Assembly (NCBI GenBank): GCA_951406725.2
Contig: OX597839.1
Coordinates: 23,064,001 to 23,128,000, forward strand
Length of the DNA stretch: 64,000 nt
Source of the DNA: Octopus vulgaris
Taxonomy: Eukaryota
Direction: 5' to 3'
Below are positions 55,396-64,000 of this stretch, in pieces. Position numbers and translations under genes: made by a program. A model generated the notes under the pieces. The model did no database searches. It saw only the letters and a list, made by a program, of their open reading frames with translations, and was not told the origin of the DNA. Each line of letters starts with the position of its first letter. The stretch's first letter is position 1.

Positions 55396-55819
55396 TATAT
55401 AATCTATGCTGTAAGACATTATTTTTCAAATATGCCAGCTAAGTCGAAAGACGTCTGTTGCTTTTGTCCTGTTATTATTATTATTATTGTTTTTTGTATT
55501 TATATTCGTATTACTTTTCGATTTTTGTATTTATATTTGTGTGGCATCATCCGTTTTTCTGTCCCTGTTTCGTATACATTCGATCCTTTTTCCAAGAAAT
55601 CTAATGCTTGTAGCTTAGTTTTTCCTTGGGGCTGGCCAGATCGGAGCAATCTCAAGATTAATCAGCCGAAATTGCAAGGATGATCCGGTTCTTGACTGAA
55701 GATTAGAGGCTTCGAATGACCCATCTGTTTTTTGTATCGTCTATTTGAATGTTTTGCGTTCTTGTCACATTTTGTATTTTTATATATATTTTTTATACAT
55801 ATATATATGTATATATATT

Positions 55820-56048
55820 TCTTTATTGCCCACAAGGGGCTAAACATAGAGGGGACAAACAAGGACAGACACAGGGATTAAGTCGATTACATCAACCCCA
55901 GTGCGTAACTGGTACTTTATTTATCGACCCAGAAAGGATGAAAGGCAAAGTCGACCTCAGCGAAATTTGAACTCAGAACATAATGGCAGACGAAATACGG
56001 CTACGCATTTCACCCGGCGTGCTAATGTTTCTGCCAGCTCGCCGCCTT
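55820..56048 (-). mobile_element. SINE family B, full length
   Basis: Reverse complement of 58873-59105. Confidence 0.92.
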
Positions 56049-56388
56049 TATATATATGTATATAGGTGTGTGTGTGTGTGTGTGTGTAAAAGGCTGAGGA
56101 GTGGTAAGATATTTGCTTCCCAGCCACATGGTTCTGGGTTCAGTCCCTCCGTTCACTCCCTTGAGCAAGTTTCTTCTGTCATAGTCTCAGACTGACCAAA
56201 GCCTTGGGAATGGATTTGGTAGACAGAAAGTGAAACGTGTATATGTGTATTTGAGTGTATGTCTGAATGTGTGTTTGTGTGAGTGCTTATATGAGTATGT
56301 ACGTATGTATGAATGTGTGTGTGTGTGTATACGTGTGTATGTATGCGCGTGTGTGTGTGCATTGTTGTTGTTCTTGCTATTTATTTTA

Positions 56389-56475
56389 TCAAGCCAGTCG
56401 CATGGAGGAATGGTGTTTATCGCCATTTTCATCCGAAATGGACACAAACACCATTCCTCCATGTGATCAGCTTGA
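56389..56475. repeat. 87-nt hairpin / inverted repeat
   Basis: TCAAGCcaGTCGCATGGAGGAATGGTGTTT ... AAACACCATTCCTCCATGTGATcaGCTTGA with an inner CCATTT/AAATGG stem. Confidence 0.9.
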
Positions 56476-56528
56476 AGAATTGTTAGGATATTAAGATATT
56501 TTTCTTAACGTGAAACCAATGGTAGCCT
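56468..56528 (+). ncRNA. degenerate hammerhead motif (C3>U, weak stem I)
   Basis: GC-TTGAAGA-ATtGTTAGGA..TCTTAACGT-GAAA-CCAaTGG-TA-GC. Confidence 0.5.
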
Positions 56529-56803
56529 TAATACACAAATAAAGATATATATATATGTGTGTGTGTATAACAGCTGTTACAAATACACAGAAATAACAGT
56601 TGTGCTCTGTAATTAAAGCCTGTTCATTTCATCTTCTAGTGTTATAAATTACTTTAGCATAAATTCTGCATAAACTAAAAGAGTTCCACATGCATATCTA
56701 GTAAAAAGAGTAATCTTCCTGTATGATAGCATATGATAACCAATAACTGTATAGGAGCTTTGAAATGCATGTTATAAACATATTACCCATATATATATAT
56801 ATA

Positions 56804-57185
56804 CTAGCAGTATCGCCCGGCGTTGCTCGGGTTTGTAAGGGAAATAACTATATAAGCATTTTTAGAGAGTTATAGCCAAAAAATAGCAAAAAAATGCATT
56901 AAAAATGTAAAAAAAATTATGGTAATTTTTTTTTAATTGTTGACTCATCATAGACATTTTTAGAGAGTTACTTCCCTTATATAATAGCGAAAAAAATGCA
57001 TTAAAATGGAAAAAGATTATGGTAAATTTTTTTTAAATCGTAGACTCATTGTACACGCGCGCTAATACCAGAAGGGCTCGATATGAATCACGACTTTTGG
57101 TTAAACTGCACCGCAAAATGTGGGAGTAGTTAGGAATCTAAATCATAGGAGACAGACACTCACACAACTTCACTTTTATATATAA

Positions 57186-57188
<3 letters not shown>
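56804..57188 (-). mobile_element. non-autonomous Helitron
   Basis: Same termini as 14376-14941 (TC...hairpin-CTAG). Confidence 0.85.
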
Positions 57189-57220
<32 letters not shown>

Positions 57221-57393
57221 CACAGGTGTGGCTGAGTGGTAAGAAGCTTGCTTCCCAACCACATGGTTCTGGGTTCGGTCCCAATGTGTGGTACCTTGAG
57301 CAAATATCTACTACTATAGCCCCTGGTCAACCAAAGCCTTATGAGATGATTTGGTAAACAGAAACTGAAAAGAAGCCCATCATATATATATAT

Positions 57394-57609
57394 AAAAACT
57401 AGTTCTAAAATCTCTTGAATAGATGATCTTCGTAGTTTTATTAGCAAGTAATGTTTGTAGCCACTTCAACATGGCTGTTCCAATCGAGTGGAATTTACTG
57501 TGATTTTTTTAACCCTGAGAGGACATCTCCTCTAGCTGGCTAATGCAGAAAATTCCATTCCAATGGAAACTGAATTCATCTTTTAGAGAGATTTTAGAAC
57601 TAGCTTTTT
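57394..57609. repeat. inverted repeat, arms of about 33 bp, spacer of about 150 bp
   Basis: AAAACTAGTTCTAAAATCTCTTGAATAGATGA / TCATCTTTTAGAGAGATTTTAGAACTAGCTTTT. Confidence 0.8.
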
Positions 57610-57701
57610 AGCTTGTTGCAAGATCAGCAACTGTGTGTTGTTTGAAATTATATATATTGCGAGCAGAAGTGAGCTACTGCCATTTCTAGCAGACAAGATA
57701 T

Positions 57702-57751
57702 CCAGTGCTGAAGAGAGGCAGAAATAGCCCCAAATCAGACTGGTCTGCTGG
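57702..57751 (+). ncRNA. degenerate hammerhead motif (G12 lost)
   Basis: CCAGTG-CTGAAGA-GAGGC.agaaat.AGCCC-cAAA-TCAGaCTGG-TC-TGCTGG. Confidence 0.3.
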
Positions 57752-57847
57752 TCCCATCACTAGAAGGTGGTAAGGGTTCGCTCCCCTGCTGGCTATATAT
57801 TGGATGTAGCTGTACATCATTAACCAGCTAAAGCAGATGTCCTCTTC

Positions 57848-58117
57848 ATCATCATCATCATTTAGCGTCCGCTTTCCAACTGGGGTCTGGGAAGCCAGAA
57901 GGCTGCATGAGTGTAGTGGGTGCTTTTTACATGCCACCCACACAGGTGCCAGACGGAGCTGGCAAACGGCCACGGACGGAAGGTGCTTTTTATGTGCCAC
58001 CGGCACAGGGGCCAGGCAAGGCTGGCAACGGCCACGATCGGATGGTGCTTTTTACGTGTCACCGGCACGGGGGCCAGGCGAGGCTGGCAACGGCCACGAA
58101 CGGATGGTGCACGTGCC
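57848..58117 (-). mobile_element. internally deleted family D retroposon
   Basis: Same 62-bp units as the 17662 copy. Confidence 0.85.
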
Positions 58118-58170
58118 AAAAAAATTGCAGTAGAGTCCATCCGAATGGAACAGCCATGAACATTGCTTGT

Positions 58171-58200
<30 letters not shown>

Positions 58201-58203
<3 letters not shown>

Positions 58204-58304
58204 CCTATTTTAAGGTGTATAAGGAACCGATTTTTGTCAAAAGTTAGGTTAAAAAAATAAGCCCCCAAAATTAAGGGGTTCCTTATACACGTTAAAATAT
58301 GGTG
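58201..58304. mobile_element. 104-bp MITE (TcMar-like)
   Basis: TIRs CACCCTATTTTAAGGTGTATAAGGAACC / GGTTCCTTATACACGTTAAAATATGGTG. Confidence 0.8.
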
Positions 58305-58306
58305 TG

Positions 58307-58358
<52 letters not shown>

Positions 58359-58872
58359 TGTATATATTTGTGTGTTTGTTTGTTTGTGTCTATGTTGTCC
58401 CTGCTGCCATCGATTGACAATTGATGTTGGTAGGTTTATGTCCCCGTAACTTAGCAGTTCAACAAAAGAGACTGATGGAATAAGTACGAGGCTTACAAAG
58501 AATAAGTTGATTTCTTTGACTAAAAAAAACCCTTTAAGGCGGTGCTCCAGCATGGGCCACAGTCAAATGAATGAAACAAGTAAAAGAATGGAAAATTATA
58601 TACATTGTTGTGCTGGTGTTTTGTGACTCCCTACCACCACCACCACTCATTGGTGGGTGGCCCTGGGTAGATCCAGTGGAAGGGACCAAAACACTTCCAG
58701 AACTGCTTCAGCATCTGATGAGATATCAAGTCTTGCATTTGAAGACAGAGTACAGCAGGGTACAACAGACAGAGTACAGCAAATAGAATACAGCAGACAG
58801 AGTACAGAAGACAGAGTACGGCAGATTGAGTGCAACAGAGTACAGTGGGCAAAGTATAGCAGGTAGAGTACA

Positions 58873-59105
58873 GGGCGGCGAGCTGGCAGAATCGTTAGCA
58901 CGCCGGGCGAAATGCGTAGCCGTATTTCGTCTGCCGTTACATTCTGAGTTCAAATTCCGCCGAGGTTGACTTTGCCTTTCATCCTTTCGGGGTCGATAAA
59001 TTAAGTACCAGTTACGCACTGGGGGTCGATGTAATCGACTTAATCCGTTTGTCTGTCCTTGTTTGTCCCCTCTATGTTTAGCCCCTTGTGGGTAGTAAAG
59101 AAATA
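58873..59105 (+). mobile_element. SINE family B, young full-length copy inside an AGAGTACAG minisatellite
   Basis: CpG-rich intact copy; GGTAGAGTACAG on both sides. Confidence 0.92.
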
Positions 59106-59999
59106 AGGTAGAGTACAGCAAATAGAGTGTAGCAAATAGAGTACAGAAGTAACCTCAGCCCACAAGCACTTACCCTAAAATATGGGGGAGGTAATATCTG
59201 ACTGTCATCATCATCATCATAAGTGAGAAAGACACTGAAACCTCACATTAATGATTTTTCATTGAGGGCACAAATCCACAAGTTTAAGGAATGGAGTCGG
59301 GGGGAGGGGGGAGTTAGTTAATGACTCTTACTGTATTTTATCACACATGCACACACCCTAACCCCGAGGGAGAAGAGGCAGAGTAGGCCTTGGTGGGTTT
59401 TGAACTCAAACTGCAAAGAGCCCAGAACAACCCCCTACAAGGTATTCTGACTCTAATGAGTCGGCCAATTCAACAGCCATGAGATCTCAAATTAATCATA
59501 ATTAAAATTAAAACGAAAAGAAAAAAACAATGATGTACTCCTCTATAATTTATTACTCTCAAGAAATTTATCAGTGATTGCCTTTAATTAGTTGTGTCTA
59601 ATTATTGCCACTCAACTGTTGCTAGGCAACCAACATTATCAGGCATGGCCACTGTCCATTTAAATCCACTCCTACCACAACTCTGTGTACATTGCTGATA
59701 AACCAATTACAGAACAAGCTAATCAGCAAATAGCGATACAGTACTTCAACCTGCTAGAAATAGCAGCTAAATCTTCTTTTAATTCCATTCCATGGGCATG
59801 GCTGTGTGGTAAGATGCTTGCTTTAGAGTTACAGGGTTCTGAGTTCCGTCACACTGCATGGCACCTTGGGCAAGTGTTTTCTACAATAGTTTTGCATCAA
59901 CAAAAGCCTTGTGAACGGATTTGGTAGACGGAAACTGAAAGAAACCTATCATCATGTGTGTGTGTATGTATATACATACACACATATATATCATATACA

Positions 60000-60450
60000 T
60001 AGGAAGGGCACCCTGCTGTAAAAATCCTGCCAAAATAATCACATAAGTTTGGTGCAGGCTTCAGCCTAGCCGGCTTTTGCGAAACCGTCCCACCCATGCT
60101 AGCATGGAAGGCGGACGTTAAACGATGATGATGATGATGATGACATATATATATGTATGTGTGTGTATATATACACACACACATACACTGTTTGTTTGTA
60201 CACTGAGTGCTAATTTCACAAAATAAAATTAGTAACAAGATGCCGGACCCCCCCTGGCACCTGTGCAGGTGGCACATAAAAAGCACCCACTACACTCGCG
60301 GAGTGGTTGGCGTTAGGAAGGGCATCCAGCCGTAGAAACTCTGCCAGATCAGATTGGAACCTGGAGCAGCCCCTGGCTTCCCAGACCCCGGTCGAACTGT
60401 CCAACCCGTGCTAGCACGGAAAACGGACATTAAACGAAGATGATGATGAT
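60000..60450 (+). mobile_element. two family D retroposon 3' ends
   Basis: GGAAGGGCA motif and (GAT)n tails at about 60125 and 60440. Confidence 0.85.
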
Positions 60451-60474
60451 GAAGTTAGGTTCTTTTATAAATAT

Positions 60475-60514
<40 letters not shown>

Positions 60515-61212
60515 ACACTCACACACACTCACACACACACACTCACACACACTCACACACACAAACTTGTGTTTGCTGTGTGTGGGAGGATTATCATTAC
60601 AAGGGTATAGAATGATAATACACACAACATCAGGGAAGAAAATATTAACACTCCAAGGGAAGACATGGAATGGGAGAGAGTTTCAAGTTGCAACGAATGG
60701 TAGTTCTATGATTAAAAATAATCTTTGGTGAAATATTTTTCATATTTGCCAAGAAGTGTGGGGGAAGGAGGAGCTGTGCCCATGACCTTTGCATGTCCCC
60801 TAAGATTGGTGAAGTTGATGCCATAAATATTCTGTTTAAATTGTTATGGGTCGACAACTATAGGACGGTCATGAAGTGGGAGAAGAATATTCCAGAGGGT
60901 TGAAGTTTGGGGGAGGAAGGACTGAATTTAGTGTACCTTAATGGAAGGATTGCAGGGACAGTGGGGGTTAATGTGACAAGTGGGTTGAGGGTACCTGAGT
61001 GGCTGAGGCACAACATCAACCAGCTCTGAGCAACAGGGGCAGGACAATGCTAGCAGCATTACAGTTACCCTGGTATGCATGGGCGACTGCTGGCCTTCCA
61101 TAAAAACAACCTTGCCCAGACTTGTGTCTAGGAGGGTAACTTCCTAGGTGCAATCCCATGGTCATTCATGACCGAAGGGGGTCTTTATATATATATATAT
61201 ATATATATATTT

Positions 61213-61378
61213 ACGACAGGCTTCTTTCAGTTTCCGTCAACCAAATCCACTCACAAGGCATTGGTCGGCCCGAGGCTATAGCAGAAGACACTTGCCCAAG
61301 ATGCCACGCAGTGGGACTGAACCCGGAACCATGTTGTTGGTAGGCAAGCTACTTACCACACAGCCACTCCTGCGCCTA
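61213..61378 (-). mobile_element. SINE family A, 5' half
   Basis: Match to family A. Confidence 0.9.
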
Positions 61379-61619
61379 TGACTTTGTTGACTTTTTTCTT
61401 CCAGATACCATTAATAATGATTTGTGTGTGAAAGCAGTACAACCACAGATATAAGGGCAGCAGTGTAATACAGGGGACATAGTTATGAAGTGAAGGTACA
61501 CAGCTAAGTGATTTGGGTGTCCAACTCATGATCGTAAGGTTGTAAGTTCAATTCCCAGTGACACATGGTGTTCTTGAGCAAGACACTTCATTTCATGGCA
61601 AATATGAGTTTTGTGTGCA

Positions 61620-61860
61620 CAGTAATCCTTCACTATATCACAGTTCACCTATTGCACACCCAGTACATCGCCATTCAACTATCGCACCCTCAGTACATCA
61701 TGGATTTTTCTGGCTAATTTATGTAAATTTATATCACGGACCCCTCAGTATATCCGGGTTTCTGCAGCCAATAGGGATTTATATTTTTTTAGATTTCAAT
61801 TATCTCTGTGGGAAGTTTTGGAAGATTTCAATTATCTCTGCGATAGTAAAGGGATTACTG
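61620..61860. mobile_element. pogo/Tigger-like MITE inserted in an old family C-like SINE (about 61495-62020)
   Basis: TIRs CAGTAATCCTT / AAGGGATTACTG-TA. Confidence 0.8.
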
Positions 61861-62074
61861 TAATTCAAAGGGCCAGCCTTGTCACATTCTGTGTCATGCT
61901 GAATCTCCTTCAGGGTAAATGTGTCTGTGGAGTACTCAGCCACGTGCACATTAATTTATCAAGCAGGCTGTTCCATTGATTGGATCAACTGGATCCCTTG
62001 TCATAATCCATGGAATATTACTCAGTTGTGACTTCCATACAGTCAACAAATACCCAAAACCTGAATTAATATTC

Positions 62075-62460
62075 TTTTATTTGTTTCAGTCATTTGACTG
62101 TGGCCATGCTGGAGCACCACCTTTAATCGAACAAATCGACCCCAGGACTTATTGTTTGTAAGCCTAGTACTTATTCTATCGGTCTATTTTGCCAAACTGC
62201 TAAGTTACGGGGACATAGACACACCACCATCGGATGTCAAGCGATGGTGTGGGGGACAAACACAGACACACAAACACACACACATATATATATACAACGG
62301 GCTTCTTTTAGTTTCCGTCTACCAAATCCACTCAGAAGGCTTTGGTCAGCCCAAGGCTATAGTAGAAGACACTTGCCCAAGGTGCCATGCAGTGGGACTG
62401 AACCCAGAACCATGTGGTTCAGAAGCAAGCTACTTACCACACAGCCACTTCTGCACCTAA
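62075..62460 (-). mobile_element. SINE family A, full length
   Basis: Match to family A. Confidence 0.92.
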
Positions 62461-63822
62461 TATTTTACTTTAAAGTAAAAGCTTAGTTCTTGAGTCAGAG
62501 AAATCTACCTTTTGTAGATATTTTAAAGGTTTTAGTCGTGAGTTATTCAGAGGGTAAAATGGTTAGGGTTGTAAATGGTATGTGTGGGGATTCTGCTTTG
62601 ATTCTGTTGAAGAAAACTAGGTTGTTCTTAGAAGATGTCTTCAAATTCTTAGTCCACAGAAACATGTCTGGGACGAGGTGTCTAGACTGTGTGCAGAGGG
62701 CGTCCCATGAATGAAGGGTTTGTAAGATCTGTGTAGGAGTACATGGGGTTAGAAATACGAGAGAGAAAGTTTGTTGGTGCAGAGATGAAAGAATGTAAGA
62801 GGAACAGTTGAATTCTAGGATAAAAGACTGAGATGGAGAGTGTATCTCTGCAATGGAACCGTCTGATGAGAAACTTTCAATGCCAGAGATGGAGAGACTG
62901 AGAGACGAGTAGGAGTAGGTCTCCCTCTTACACCAGAACAGTTGTACAATCTCATTAAGAGTTCCATTAGTGAGAACGAAGCCAAAGAATGAAGAACTAA
63001 GAAGAAATGTGTGAACTAGTGAGGGTGACAGAGTGATGCAGGGGTAAAGCAAAAAAACGGATTGGGTTATGGAAGGTGGGGAAAACCTGAAAGAGCTGTG
63101 AAGGGAGTGGGAGCGAAAATGGGTTGAATGGTATTGGCCCGATGAAATTTAGTATAAAGAAAACAGTACCGAAGGACCAGATAATAAATTGTGGCAAGAA
63201 TAAAGCTCCTTTTTCTAGAGATTCTATGCTGAAAAAGTGTAAGGAGGGTTTGGTAAGAATGGGGGAGGGTGAAATATGACCAGTTATTTGTGGGTTTATC
63301 AAGTCACATGAATAGATATTAAGGGAAAGAAAAGAGCATGGAGTGCATGAGGGGTATACTGCAGGGTTTGTTGTTGTTTAACCGTTAGTTAATCCTGATC
63401 ATGGAGGTATGTGATCAAAGACATTCCAGCTATGACCATCTCACCTTTTCTATCTGTATTTCTCTCACTCTATACACACATGCAGATAAACAGACAGATA
63501 GATAAGCAGACAGACACACAGATAGACAGACGGATGGACAAATAGGATAGACAGACAGACAGATAGATAGTGAGACAGACGGACGGATGGGCAGGCAGAC
63601 AGACAGACAGATAGGTGTATGTGTGTGTGTTCTATTCTTCTTTTGACTTTTTCAGTCATTGGGGCACCATGTTGAAGGGTTTACTGGATCGAATTGACAA
63701 ACAGAAAGATGTGTGCATGTATGCGCATACACACATGTACACACACATACATGGACATATACACGTGTGCATATAAATGTATGTGTGTGTACATATATGT
63801 GTGAATGCATTTATGCATATAA

Positions 63823-63866
<44 letters not shown>

Positions 63867-63869
63867 ATA

Positions 63870-63918
<49 letters not shown>

Positions 63919-64000
63919 GTATATATATGTATACATATATATATATATATGTATATGTATATATATATGTATATATTTTTATAGGGAAGAAGAGTTCATG

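Noticed and set aside
55420-55790. Possible structured RNA or hammerhead (CTGAAGA..CGAA)
   Set aside because: Stems could not be assembled; probably an unclassified repeat end
56401-56420. Resemblance to miR-122 (AATGGTGTTT)
   Set aside because: The seed differs and miR-122 is vertebrate-specific
58714-58760. CTGATGA followed by GAAG..TA
   Set aside because: No GAAA core or paired stems; runs into a minisatellite
62543-63302. 169-aa and 101-aa minus-strand ORFs
   Set aside because: No recognisable domain; purine-skewed sequence that may be an ancient LINE relic but cannot be supported

Overview
This is repeat-saturated eukaryotic DNA, intergenic or within a large intron. The SINE families and extreme microsatellite load resemble those I recall for Octopus (inference). 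I find no convincing protein-coding gene: nearly all listed ORFs are translations of (TA)n/(CA)n/(TAA)n/(CCA)n repeats or SINEs. The only real protein signal is C-terminal restriction-like endonuclease (RLE) fragments of Dong/R4-type retrotransposons at 0.9-4.2 kb and a mariner C-terminus. Other content: four families of short retroposons, Tc1/mariner-, pogo- and piggyBac-type MITEs, two non-autonomous Helitrons, a degenerate 5S rRNA copy and several minisatellites. The main unexplained signal is RNA structure. There are nine type I hammerhead-ribozyme motifs (CUGANGA...GAAA-stem III-UH), seven near-intact and two degenerate, with stem II ranging from 12 to 69 nt. Three of them lie in a 354-bp tandem array (41.65-42.74 kb) resembling animal non-LTR retrozymes. 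There are also long hairpins, a 147-bp array of tRNA-like Pol III promoters and TE-depleted blocks with regulatory-looking sequence. All coordinates were read by eye; mobile-element boundaries are approximate.
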